NCBI GenBank assembly: GCA_013265495.1
Contig: MU058009.1
Location: forward strand, 1,986,001-2,050,000
DNA: 64,000 nt
Direction of reading: 5' to 3'
Origin: Vicugna vicugna
Taxonomy: Eukaryota
Shown piece after piece: positions 11,890 through 23,759 of the stretch. The notes under the pieces are model-generated. The model did no database searches. It had not been told where the DNA came from and saw only the letters and a list, made by a program, of their open reading frames with translations. The translations under genes and the position numbers were made by a program. How positions within the stretch are numbered: position 1 is the stretch's first letter; each line of letters begins with the position of its first letter.

Positions 11890-14800
11890 CTTTGAACACT
11901 AACAGTACTAATCCAAAAAGGAAAAAAGACCTTCTGTGCACACTGCTTATCTTGCACAGGTAAAACATACCATTCCTTGACATTCTGTCGCACACAGCAC
12001 TAAAAATCACATGCCTCTAACCATTTGCAAGTAACTTTCTGACATACTTCTGCTTTCATTATTATTACTCCTTACGACACACTGCTCGGATGACACTTTG
12101 CCAGCAAACCAAACGGGTGACTGACAGGGCTGGAAACAGATACATGAACTTTGCAGGCTCCTTTTTTAACTAAAGGGGCAAATTTCAAATTTACATTGTA
12201 TGCCTCTATTGCTGCTTTGAATATGGTATGATATTCTGTCCCCACTCACATTAAGGGTCCCTCTTTTGTACAGAACTAGTCCCAGAATATTTCAACCTGA
12301 CCCTAATTTTAAAAAAAAAATGCTTTGCCATTATAAAAACGTGCAGGCCCTACCTATCTTTGGGACCAACCTCAGGGACTTGCGTGCTTAGAAGGGAACT
12401 GCACATACGTGCTATCCATGAGGCTTGGACACAACTTACTGCAAGGAGACGGCACTTCTGGGGCTGTCCGCAAAGTCTCTGGCCAGACATCCAGCAAATA
12501 TTCATTTCTATCAAACCAAACTGTGGTATCAGAATTTTGCCAAAAAGATCAACTCTGGAGACATGGCTACGAAAATTTACCAGTAGAATGAAATTCTGAG
12601 TTCATTGCATAAGGCAGCTCCATTTCCTGGACTGTAATGCTCCACGTGAAAATTTCAGAGTCACGACTCTCAGTTACTCCCTCTGTGGAGTCACACGCAA
12701 AGTGGACGGTGCTACGGTTACTCGGCTCACAGTGGCCTGACAGCCCCCGTCTGCCCAGAGCATTAGAAAGGGACGGACAGAGGCACAGCCCTTCCAATAA
12801 ATTGAACCCGAAGCTGAGGCTGTATCTACACTCAGTGAAACAGTTCCAGACTTTACCTAAAGTCTGTGTTTCACACTAGTACCAGGAATCTGAGTCATTT
12901 TTCTGCATTCAAAATATTCACCTGGTATTTCTAAACACAGGACATTAACCAAGTGACTGCTTTAGGGAATTAACATTCATATTTTTAAAAGAGACTTTAT
13001 AGTTTCTGGAGTAAACAAGGGGTGTGATGACAAATCCACAAGGGTTAAAACCGGACAGACTTCGGCCACATCCCTCAGGGCTCTCCGTCCCTAAAGCCAT
13101 CTGCATCTCCGTGGCACACCAGCTCCTTTCTCCTCTCCGTGCTGCTGGTGAGAGCTTACGGGGCTTGTGTTATCTCAGAGGGGCAATGGGGTGCCTACTG
13201 GCCAAAAGACGGTCATGGTAAGAGAAGAAATTAGTGCTGCATATTCACCAAACAGCAAACTCCTGCAAGCGGCTCCCTGCGTGTGCGCGAGGTGAAGTGT
13301 CCTGGCAGGCTCCCCAGCATTGTGACTCTGGTCCAGGTGGGTCTGCGCGTCTGATCTAGAGGTTAAATTCCCACAGGCCTTCTCCATGTTGGTATTTCAG
13401 GGTTTCTACCAACATTTTTATTCAGTCTCTCTTATCAATCATGGGGGAACAAAAGAAAACCTTATAGAGTATTTCCACATATAAGTAGATGTGTTGTTCT
13501 TAAAACTTTTATTTCTTTTTCTAAGTATAAACCCTTAAAATGTAATCACATGACTTTTTAGATTAAAAAAAACTGGCATGAATCTTAATCTTTATACAAT
13601 TTCACAGCAGTATTAGCAGCATGAATTTAGCCTCTTAAAAGATTTTTCTCTGCTCTAAATGAAAGTAAATTCCAAGTTTTAAAAAGCCAGAGCAGCAACC
13701 ATCCAGTAAATGGAATGAAATTCTCCTAGTAACTTCTACAAACTGAGTACTTACAACATGTGAGTGTATAAAAATCAAGTATCATTAAGATTTATGGAAT
13801 GACATGACAATCTCAACTCATTCTGGAAATGCAGGACTGCCTTCTAGTCTGGAGGACGTGTGCAGTGGGCTGAGAAAATGGAATGCAACTTTCAAAATAA
13901 AGTCCTGGGTATCAGACACGTTTTCCATGTCTGCAGCATTCTAAGAACTGTACCTGAAATGCTGGTGTGGATGGCAATTACAGTAAGACTGTGATCGCAC
14001 GAGGGCAGAGTGAAGCAACAGCACGTTAATCCCTAGGACCTGAACGGTCACTGCTCAGAATTCCAGCAGGTGAGACGGGCTGTGCTAAGTGGTTATTGCA
14101 GGAACGCTCAGCTTTCTAACAGATCATTTGTAGCTACTTTAAGAATTCCAGGAAACCTGGACTCTGGTTCAGAAACAAACTAACATGTAAATTGTAATCA
14201 TGATAAATTATGTGTTTATCTAGTCAAACCACGCTGGTTTTTTTTTTAATGAAAAAAAAGTTGCTTTAAGAAAATAAATGGTGTGAAATATTTCACTAGG
14301 ATCACAATTTACCAAATATGACTGAGGGGAAAAAGAACTGAAGGCAGGCAACACCTCAGAAGCACTGATAGTTTTCTGGGGCTAACGAAGTGCACTGACT
14401 TCCACCTAAGAAGTTTCTTGAATTCTAACTTAAAGATCCCTTTGCAGTGATATGAGCCTATTCAGCCTGGATCTAAATAGTCTGACACCTTGTGATGACT
14501 CTTTATGAAATGCTCAAAGTTTTAATTCCTTTAATTTTTTGGTTATAATTTGCTAGATGTTCGATAGACTCATCTGAAGGATCAGGAGTTTTCTCCACTG
14601 TAACTTAAACACACGGGGGAACGAGGTGAGAAGAGCGGGTGTCACTCTGGGCCAGGCGCATGGCCACTGAGAAAGCAAGTAGGACCGCAACCGAAAACAC
14701 AGAGACCTTCGGGGAAGCGGACGTCAGCCGCTCTGAAGGATACAGCAAACACTAAGAAGGACAAAGTCAAGTTGAAATTTTGTGCAAGGCAGTCCTCGGG

Positions 14801-15053
14801 CTCTTACACATCAGCCCCATATGGCAAGTACAGCCTGTAGCAAATCTCTTTACTAGGTTTTCAACACAGTGCTTACAATCGTTCAGATTTTTAAATGACA
14901 AAAAAATGACAGAGTCTATAGATGGAAGAGGTGGTGATGAAGCAGGGAAGGGGGAAAAGAAGCTTTATTTTTTATTATTTTTTAATGTGGTCAGGGGGTT
15001 TGGAGCTTTTTTTTTTTAATTTTTTTTAAATGTTTGGTTACTGAAAAAAATAG

Positions 15054-15060
15054 AACAGTC
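15054..15060 (-). promoter_or_regulatory. miR-132/212 7mer-m8 seed site (GACTGTT) in the proximal 3' UTR
   Basis: The mRNA reads GGACAGTGGACTGTTCTA about 45 nt after the stop. p250GAP is an established miR-132 target. Confidence 0.75.
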
Positions 15061-15102
15061 CACTGTCCAGCAGAGGCTGCTTCAACTCTGTTGCCCCCAG
15101 GC

Positions 15103-17337
15103 TCACTCTGCGTGGATCTGCGTCTCGGGGTGCTGCAGGGCCAGCTCTGCGGGCAGGAAGGCGCCCTGGCCCAGAGCCGTGGCGTAGGTCCTGCTCTGCG
15201 GGTGGGCAAAGCCGGGGGGCACGTACACCCCCAGCGCTGCCGCTCCGAAGCCCCCTCGCTGGAGCTGGGGCGGGGAGTGGTAGCCCTCCAGGTTGTCATA
15301 CTGGGGCACCACGGTCACGCCGCCCTGGCGCTTGCCGTGTGGCTGGTACTGGTACAGCACGCCAGCGTCCCTCTCCACGCTCTGGGCGTGGTGGAGTTTC
15401 AGGCTATGACTCCGCTCTGGTTTAGGGGGTGGGACGACTGACGGAGCGAGGTGTTCCTCCTCCTTGTAGCCGTCTCTGGAGTGTTTCTCTGGGGCAGGAG
15501 GCTGCCTAGCTCGAGGCCTCTCCAGCTCCTTGGAGAGCCTCACCTCTTTGTGGTTCAGTCTTAAAGATTCCTGCCCCGATGGAACGTAAATCCCTCCAGA
15601 GTTATGGTAGCTGACTGGCTCAGACGCGTCTGGAATCCCCTGGGGCCCATAATCTAGCGGGCCGGCCCCCTGCGGGTAAGGCGGCCCATGTTTTGATTCA
15701 CACAACTGCCTATGGCTTGCTTCCTGGTGGCCCCTGTGCTCGGGGAGACCACAGCCCATGTCGTGAAGCTTCCTGTTCCTGAGGCTGCTCTGCTTCTGCG
15801 GGAGGCAGGGCTTCTCGGGCTGCCCGCCGCCGTACGCTCCGTGCTGGTGGGCTCTGTCCAGCTCCGGCTCCGCGTGCTTCCGGTAGAAGCGGTCCTCTCC
15901 CTCGGGGCTGACGGCCTTGACTGCGTGCCGCCCCTCCTTTCCTTCTGCCACGGAGAGAAGTCCAGTTTTCCCAGGATCGGATTTACTTCGCAGGTGGATG
16001 ACATAGATCCCGCCGAGGTCGTCCTGCGCGGCCGGGGCCATGTTGTCGTACTGGGACACGACGGGCCCTTTCACCTTCTGCCGAGCGCGGCTCTCCCTCC
16101 GGATGGACTGCACGCGGTACTTCTCCATGTCCTCAAGATCCCACGAGGTGTAGCTGTGCTTGACGTCAGCCACTGGCGGCATGCTGACGACACTGTGCTC
16201 ATTGGCAGAGAAATAGCCGGGGGCGCCGGCCCGGGGGCGCGGAGGCAGCCCGGCGTAGCCGAGCACGCTCTTCCCCTGCAGCCGCGGGTTGCAGAAGGCC
16301 AGGTCGCGGCCGGGCAGGCGGTGCAGCGGCCGCAGCGGCAGGGCGCCGCAGGCGTCCAGGTCGCACAGGGCGCCGGCGGCGCCGGAGTACGGGCTGTAGC
16401 GGTAGTGCACGCGGCCGTTCTCGAAGTAGGGCTGCAGCTGCGTGACGTGGTAGTCGGGGCGGGCCTGCGGGGGCGGGCACGGCTTGTACTGGTGCAGGGG
16501 CCTCGGGCAGAAGGCCGGCTCCTCGTCCGGGGGCACCTCCGTCCGGGAGATGGGGACAGAGCGGATCACGGAGGACGGAGGGGCGTGGAGAGACTGCACC
16601 CTGCGGATGGTGGGGTGCGGCGGCGCGTCTTCGGGGTAGCAGCCGCCCCTCACAGCGGCGCCCAGGGAGGACACGTACTCCGCCCGGCCGCACGGCTTCC
16701 AGTGGTGTCCAGACGCGTTTCTCCCCGGGGCCACGTACGTGTTGTAGCGCGGGCCCACGGAGGCTGGCGGCTCCGACCTGGAGGCGAACGCCGGGTGCGG
16801 CTCCACTTTACTGTGATGCGGAGGGACGCTCTGGGGGCGGTACTGGCAGTTGGGAGTCACGTTGAAATGCAAACAGTTTTCCAGACTGAAGGGCTCCGTG
16901 CTGACATCAGGCCTAGCAAAGGCGGAGTAAGCAGTTCTCTGAGAGGCGTGCTTCGGCTGCGGGACAGGGAGCGGTAACGGCAAAACGTCGTCGTCCACAG
17001 AGGCGGGGGCCGCGCCGGCGAAGGCGTGGGGACCGGGACCGCAGGCCGCGTCCGCGCCGATGCAGTGCGCGGCGGCGGCGATCTTGCCGTCCGCGGCCCT
17101 GGCGGGGGGGGCCGGGCCGGGGAAGCCGCAGGCGGGGTGCACGGGGGCCGGCTCGGCGCGCAGGGGCAGCGGCGGGGCCCGGGCCCCTTCCCGCACCTTC
17201 TCGGGAAGGCCGGGCTGGAGGGCAGGGGTCGCGGCGGGACACTGCGCGGCGGTGCCATCGCTGGCGAGGACGGGCGCAGGGTCGCCCGCGGCCCTGGGTT
17301 CAGGCGGCCTCTCCAGAGCTGGAACTACTCCTGGAAC
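15103..17337 (-). CDS. ARHGAP32: ARHGAP32 terminal coding exon (VPGVVPALERPPEPR...RSKSDP...LQHPETQIHAE*)
   Basis: ttcactag|GTT. 2235 nt open to TGA. C-terminus HPETQIHAE and RSKSDP 14-3-3 motif (15973-15990) match ARHGAP32. Confidence 0.96.
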   Translation of the reverse strand, partial: VPGVVPALERPPEPRAAGDPAPVLASDGTAAQCPAATPALQPGLPEKVREGARAPPLPLRAEPAPVHPACGFPGPAPPARAADGKIAAAAHCIGADAACGPGPHAFAGAAPASVDDDVLPLPLPVPQPKHASQRTAYSAFARPDVSTEPFSLENCLHFNVTPNCQYRPQSVPPHHSKVEPHPAFASRSEPPASVGPRYNTYVAPGRNASGHHWKPCGRAEYVSSLGAAVRGGCYPEDAPPHPTIRRVQSLHAPPSSVIRSVPISRTEVPPDEEPAFCPRPLHQYKPCPPPQARPDYHVTQLQPYFENGRVHYRYSPYSGAAGALCDLDACGALPLRPLHRLPGRDLAFCNPRLQGKSVLGYAGLPPRPRAGAPGYFSANEHSVVSMPPVADVKHSYTSWDLEDMEKYRVQSIRRESRARQKVKGPVVSQYDNMAPAAQDDLGGIYVIHLRSKSDPGKTGLLSVAEGKEGRHAVKAVSPEGEDRFYRKHAEPELDRAHQHGAYGGGQPEKPCLPQKQSSLRNRKLHDMGCGLPEHRGHQEASHRQLCESKHGPPYPQGAGPLDYGPQGIPDASEPVSYHNSGGIYVPSGQESLRLNHKEVRLSKELERPRARQPPAPEKHSRDGYKEEEHLAPSVVPPPKPERSHSLKLHHAQSVERDAGVLYQYQPHGKRQGGVTVVPQYDNLEGYHSPPQLQRGGFGAAALGVYVPPGFAHPQSRTYATALGQGAFLPAELALQHPETQIHAE

Positions 17338-18001
17338 CTAGTGAAAGACGGTAATATTACGAGTTTGTTTTTTATGCTCCCCTCTACGGACTCAAACACT
17401 ATTAAAAGTTTATAACTCACAAGTTGAGTCTATTTGGGTAGCAGCTTGAAATTTCCCCAAGCTACGTGGTCATATTAAACAGGACAGAGGCTGATCTGTC
17501 CCCACTGCCACCTGGTATAGCAGCTGTCACCATCTCTGGAGAACTGTTCTAATTTATGACAGGCTTTACATATGAGAGGAGGCTGCCTGTGACGTTATGT
17601 CAATGTGCAGACCAAAACAAAAGTTTGGTCAAGTAACAGTCAGGCTTAAAAATACATACCCAGTCTATCTGTCCAGCTCAGTCTCAACGCCAAGAACATT
17701 TTGCTAAGGAAACAGAGTTGATTCTATCTGGAAAAGTATGTGGAGTGACTCACAGCTGCCCACAATGGGCAGTTTTAAGCCCCCTGACCTCCAGAAGGAC
17801 AGTGAAGGGACTGGTCCAAGGATGCGGCCACTGTCTCCCTCCCGCCTCTACGTCAGCCTGGCCAGTGGCAGCAGAGGCCAAACGTGGTCCTCACTGCAAA
17901 TACTCTCTCCTTGAGAAGCAGTTGCTAGAAATAGCATCCTCCCCAAAAGATTAGGTATTGAAATCCTTTTAGTTCAAGGTGACCACAAAAAACCTGGGGC
18001 A

Positions 18002-18088
18002 TTTTTTTTTTAATGGAGGTACTGGGGATTGAACCCAGGACCTTGTGCCTGCTAAGCATGCGCTCTGCCACTGAGCTATACCCTCTCC
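18002..18088 (-). mobile_element. tRNA-derived SINE, camelid Vic-1-like
   Basis: Reverse complement GGGTATAGCTCAGTGGCAGAGCGCATGCTTAGCAGGCACAAGGTCCTGGGTTCAATCCCCAGTACCTCCATT-polyA, with A and B boxes. Confidence 0.85.
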
Positions 18089-18719
18089 TCCTGGGCACTT
18101 TTTTAAAACATGAGAAAATTAGGAAGAAACCTTAATATTTTGCATTTAACATTCACTCATCGGTACAAGTGCTTAATTACAGAACAATCTGCTGGTTCAT
18201 GTTGAGAAAATAAGAAGTCCTAAAACACTGTGACCTCTGACATTTCTAAAACGTCTATAAGGCAGAACGTCTCACAAATGTCCTGAGAATAAAGCACTTC
18301 CGCCAGGCAGACGTGAACCACTGGCAGAGATGCTAAGATGACTTGCCCCAGAGTCACAGTGAGTCAGTGATGGAGCGGAGAAAAACCCTGCAGCCCGACA
18401 CCTGCAGCCCAGCTGGACGTGTGTGATCACAGTCTCTTTGTATGTCTGTGAGGACACGACCCACACTTTAGGAACTAAAGGCAGCAGGTATAGTTAAACC
18501 AGAGCCATCGAGTAAGTGCTCCTTTTTCAGAAAAAAAAAAAAACAACCCAGCATCAAGATAAAGGCAGATCCCAACCTCAAATGGGAAATGCTTCGTGGA
18601 AACCTGCCACGGGACTAAACACATGTCAGAGCTACTCAAAGTAACAACATCCCCTGCTGGAAAGCGAGGTACCTTCGGGAAAAGCCCACTTCATCTCGCT
18701 GACTGCCTCCCCTTCTTAC

Positions 18720-19684
18720 CTTGTGCGGATTGTGAGCTCCCACGCTGGCTGCTGCCTGTCCCTGCCCCGGGCCTGGCAGCTGCTCTGTGGCTCTCTGGGA
18801 AGGAGGCAGTGGAAGGGGACGGCTAGTTCTGTGAGCGCGCTGGAGGGTGGCGACTGCAAAATCCACTGCGCTGGGCTGTTCGACCACATCCCAGCCGGCT
18901 TCCCTGGCGCTCATCTCGGCTGCTGTCGGAACAGTCGTCACATAAGCCACGGGGGCTGTGCTGGTGTCCTCTTCAGGGGACCCAGGCGGAGGGTAGACTT
19001 TGTCTCTGGGCAAATTAGAAGGTGTGGACGATTTGTCTGCAAGTTCTAAAGGGTGATGGGGCTTATCCACACTTGCACCAAGATAAGAAGAAGGCTGCTC
19101 CCCACTGTAGAGACGAGGCTGAGACCGGTCCTGATCCACAAAGGAGACAGTCAGAACACTGGTCTTCGCAGACTGGTCTTCAGGGAAACTTAGGTGATCA
19201 TCAGATTTAGAGTCTGTTAAGGGAACTGAAGTGGCTCCGGCCTTTTCTGGGTCCCCAGATAAATAAATTCGATGTGGCTGACTGCCTGGGAAGTCTGCTG
19301 GGTGGGGCTGCCCCCCAGACTCCGTGGCACAGGAGTGGGTGTAATCCCCGACAGCTGCTGCACCCGGTGCTGGCTGGTCACCATCCTGGAGGTGGGGCTG
19401 CTCTGTGGGCATGTCAGTCTGGAAGAAGGCTCTATCTGCAGTGACACTGGAGTGGGAAGCAGGCAGCCCGTCTTCAGCTGCGGCCACTGCCAGGCCTCCG
19501 TAACTTGTACAGGCACCCTGGAGTGGCCCTGGTCTCCTCGGGGGCTGGGCGGAGGCTTGCTGCGCAGACTCGGCTAACGCTAGCGCCAACAAGCGGGCAA
19601 CGTTCTTCGGAGGCGGTGGTGGTGGGATAAGAGAGACTGAACTTACAGGAACGGGATCCTGAGGAGGGTCATGGTTATCTGCTC
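18720..19684 (-). CDS. ARHGAP32: ARHGAP32 penultimate exon (ADNHDPPQDPVPVSSVSLIPPPPPPKNVARLLALALAESAQQAS...HNPHK)
   Basis: cccaccag|GA and CAAG|gtaaga. 965 nt. Polyproline PPPPPPK motif. Confidence 0.95.
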
Positions 19685-20367
19685 CTGGTGGGAAATCGGG
19701 AAAAAAAATGAGAGTGAAAAGGTAGCTTGTGTTATCCTGCACGGAAAGCCAAACACTCCCCATCTGATCACTAAAAACAGGTGCCTTCCATATTTCAGAT
19801 CGGCAACCCACAATCTTCTATCCCACATGCAAATGCTGTAGAAAACACATCTGGTTCGGAAGCAAAACTAAAACAAGAGTGTTTAAACCGCAATCCCCTC
19901 TTGGATTGCTAAAGAGATGGGGTGAAGCAGGTCTCTCAGGGGGCTCAGAAAGGACTGCTTAGAAAACAAGCTTCAAGTGCTTGCAGGCAGTTTATTAAGA
20001 ATAGCGTCTACATTTGATGGTGTAGGCTGGCTGGTTAACTTGTTAAGGCTATAATATAGATATTTTATCAGAAGAAAGAACAGAATCAAGAGCTACGAAA
20101 CTGTGCGAAAATTATCCATGAATTCTGACTGTCCAAGGAGATAAGGGGATGTTACGAAGACGTGAAGCAGGACCACTGGCCCTTTGGGGGATTTCTGTTT
20201 GACTGATTTTAACTTAGGATTTGGAGCCTTCAGCACCACCTAGAAAACCACTCTGTCTGATTAAAGGCTAGCTGTGGAGTCAACTTCTCTCTTAAAAGGC
20301 ACAGATGGCACACAAGACTGAAGGTCCCTGCTAGCTCACAAGAAGAACAGAGGAAAACACACGGTAC

Positions 20368-21252
20368 CTGTCTGAGTCTGTCCAGGAGGCACAGCCTTAC
20401 TCTGACCGCTTGAGGCAGAGGCAGGCTCCTCCTCCTTCCCTGGCGACTCCATACCGGGGGCCGCCACCTGGCCCAGGGGCTGGGCCGCAGACTCACATCC
20501 TTCTTGGGCCTCTCTCTCACTTGCTTTCAGCTTTACTACCTGGGTGGGGGGTCTGTTTATAACATCACTTTCTTCGACACTTTTGTTCCAGGTTGGAGAA
20601 GGTGCGTCCTGAGCTGCCGTGTTTGAGGCTGTACCGATGACTTCTGACACCCGAGCGGGAAGGGTCACTGAGATTGGCTCAGATATGTTCATAGAGGGCG
20701 ATCTGCTTAATTTCCGGCCAATCTTTGGAGAGAAAGCGTAGACGACCTTCTCCGTGAACGAGGATGCCTTAGGTGGCTTCTCTTCGGTTGGGCTCAAGTC
20801 CAGCGTAAAGAAAGGACTCAGTTTCTCCTGAACAGGAGAGACAGGTTCAGAACTGGCAGCGCTTCCCGGAGTCTGAGACTGGCTGCCACCCGCCTCTGAG
20901 TCCTTGTTGTTGGTACTCTGTCTGTCCTTGGAGTATCCCAATGAATCGAAAAAGGAAGCACCACCCTCCAGACACTCAGACTCGGCCTTAGGAGGACTGC
21001 ACTGAAATGACATCGGGTCAAAATCCAGGCTGGCTACTCCAATGTCTGGTGGGCTCAAATCAACATCCTCAGCTGAATGGGGAGACAGGAGGGCTGGGAC
21101 ATGCAGCAGCCCGACTTCCTCCTCGCTCTCGTTGTCGTGGGGGAGATTGTCGTAGGAATTGCAGCGGTTCCCCAGCATTTCTCCATTGAAAGAGGCACTC
21201 AGCGCATCACTGCTAGATCTGGGCCGTCTGGGTCGGAAGAGCTTGGAATCAC
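20368..21252 (-). CDS. ARHGAP32: ARHGAP32 large exon (DSKLFRPRRPRSSSDALSASFNGEMLGNRCNSYDNLPH...GQTQT)
   Basis: tttaccag|GT and ACAG|gtaccg. 885 nt; overlaps ORF-track 20336-21178. Confidence 0.95.
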
Positions 21253-23072
21253 CTGGTAAACGTGGACAACAACATCAAAGTGTGAACGTCACAGGGCCCA
21301 TGCACCATGAGTCGCCTACTCAGTGCAGCAGTAACGCACTACAGAGCAAGAGGATGCAACTGTCTCTTGGGCGCACAGATGGAACCCCCAAAGCAAGTGA
21401 TACATAACAGACGGTTTGACACCATCAGAGGGAGGGGAAAAGGGGCTCAGAACCCCTAGATCCTGCTCGTAGTTCAGCACTGACTCTTGTTGTGACTTCG
21501 GGCAAGCTCTTCATTTCTTTTTGTCTTATTTTCTCACTGGCCTCACACGTGACTTGTGAGGCCGAATTAATCACTTTGAGCAATACTTTGGATATACAAC
21601 AGCAAAAGGGTTTCTTTCTTTCTTTTTTTTTTTTTGGTGGGGAAAAATCCTCCTAACACCTAAATTTCTATAAAATTGAACTTCTCAATTAAACTCTCTA
21701 CAATCTCATAAAGTATTTACATATATTTACTAAAGAATTCCTTTCTGATACTTAGTTTTTATTTTTTTTTTCCTTAACAAGAATAGGCTTTAAGTTTCTC
21801 AGGCAGAGGCCTTAAGAATGTAGACTATTAGATGATTTTGTGATATTGTTAAAAATCCAACTGGTAAAAGAAGTCCTCTGTCTCAGCATTCTATTACAAT
21901 TATTAGAATTGCCAAAGTGAAAATGTACTATAAAGAGACAGACACTGTCTTAACACAAAAACATTGACTAATATGTTGACCTCTTATAAAATTAATTTCT
22001 ACTCAAATATTATTTTCTGCTTAATACAAGCATCTAACCAGCCCACTCCCCCATTTTTGAGACCCATTCTCTTAACAACAGTGAAATGGAAAATCTCAGA
22101 AAACCAGTAAGATGTCAGACACTCGACTGAAGTGAAATGAGAGGACTTCTTGAACCCTGAGCAGAGCCACTGGTCACTGAGGACCTGCGGTTAGAAATAA
22201 CAAATGAGGATGAGAAAGTTGACCAGGAGGAGGCACCCCAGGAATCAAAAGAGCATGATCTGCATGCCAAGGGGCTGAGAAAAGCCCTTGGGAACCAGCG
22301 CAGCTGCTGACTGCATCTGTAAGAGGCCCGCTCGCCAGCCCGCTGCACCAGCCACGCACGACGTGAAGGCTGTCCTACCCGCTACTACACGGTTTCGCCA
22401 AAAAGGTTCTATCTCCTTCCAGGTCAACACTGAAGTAATCTTTTGTTCACTCTAAAAATTAGTACAGAGTTGCAACTATAGCCCGACTTTTGCTAAATGG
22501 AAGCTAAAAAATGTATTTCATAATTGTTCTTCAAGTTGCAATCAAACATTTTGGTACTATTTACCATGAAATTCTGGTCCCCATTTGAGGCAGATTCACT
22601 TTAGTTGCCTTATCCTGGTACTAGTCATCCTCAAATAGTGAGAACTGCCTCTAGTCAGCGCGATATATGTAATTTAGCATCAGGTTAAGCCATCTGCAAG
22701 ACAAGACTACTGGTCCTAACATCAAAACTGTTTCATTTCATACTTTGTAACAAGCACTGTGTTCTTACGAAATTTAGAGAAAGAAAAGCTACTAACACCA
22801 TTTGTCATTGGACATTAATAAATACAAACGGTTAACTTAAAACACTTCACCTAGTTTTACATAAACTGAATAGCAATCAAGTCAAAAGTGAAGAAATTAA
22901 AGACTGGTACCATTTTGCAACATTAATGGACAATACTAAATAGACACTCGGATTTCTAGGAAATTATAGTCTATAGCCTATTCATGAAGCATATATTTAT
23001 ACAATATTCTCAACTGTTATGTTCTTTTATGAAATATATTCCAGAATAAAACGACTGAGGCTTCATTCTTAC

Positions 23073-23144
23073 CGTCGACTGCGTGGAGGGAAGTAAGAGA
23101 CTCTTCACTCTTAGCTGAACGGAGGGTCCCTTCTGCTCTGCCAC
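23073..23144 (-). CDS. ARHGAP32: ARHGAP32 exon (GGRAEGTLRSAKSEESLTSLHAVD)
   Basis: ctttag|GT and GACG|gtaaga. 72 nt. LRSAKSEESL motif. Confidence 0.95.
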
Positions 23145-23414
23145 CTAAAGAAACAAAACCGAACACCGTGAAGTTTTATCCACTGCGACCTACGTAGTGA
23201 AATGAAACTATGTAGTGTAGTGGTGTCTTTATCCATATTTAAAGTTCCGAGAGTGGTAATACTTTTACGATCATATTCAGTTTTGCATCCTATTATATAT
23301 GTTGTACTGTTCCCAAGTGGTTTCCTATGTGAAAAAATCTCTCTTCTAAAGGATTATGAAATTGGGAATAGAGATGAATTTTAAAACTTCCTTTTATATG
23401 TCTTGAAAACCAGT

Positions 23415-23724
23415 ATATCTTGAGATGATCTCATGCTCGATTTAGGGTGAGCCCTGAGTCCAATGGCTGGGATCCTTTGAGAGAGAGGCTGCAGGCAGAC
23501 AGAGGAGAGAAGTCCCGTCAAGACGGGGGCAGAGACCAGAGTGGCGCCACCAGAGGCCGGAAGAGCCAAGGAGGGACTCTTCCTGGATCCTTTGGAGAGA
23601 ACGCAGCCCTGCTGACACCCTGATTTCAGTCTTTAACCTCTCGAACTGTGAGGAAGCCAAGTTCTGTTGCTTTAAGCCACTCAACTTGTGGCAATTTGTT
23701 TCGGCAGTCCTAGGAAACTAACAC
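23415..23724 (+). mobile_element. MaLR LTR, MLT1-type
   Basis: GCCCTGCTGACACCCTGATTTCAG...GAACTGTGAG...TTTAAGCCAC...GCAGTCCTAGGAAACTAACACA terminus. Confidence 0.8.
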
Positions 23725-23759
23725 AGGTCCTTTAATTAATTACATTTGTTGGATCTTAT

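Larger units (their letters stand above)
10190..15102 (-). other. ARHGAP32: ARHGAP32 3' UTR; distal end uncertain
   Basis: Follows the stop codon; repeat-poor and AU-rich. Minus-strand AATAAA at 14971, 14964, 13508, 13417, 11884 and 10214. Confidence 0.6.

Noticed and set aside
15712..16977. 421-aa plus-strand ORF
   Set aside because: It is the antisense shadow of the GC-rich ARHGAP32 terminal exon, with a single ATG in weak context, no recognisable domain and no supporting gene structure.
18636..19811. ORF extending past both ends of the penultimate exon
   Set aside because: Canonical splice sites at 19684 and 18720 explain the coding part; the extensions are chance intronic read-through.
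20229..20249. TTCAGCACCAC resembling a REST/RE1 site
   Set aside because: Only the left half-site is present; the GGACAG half is missing.
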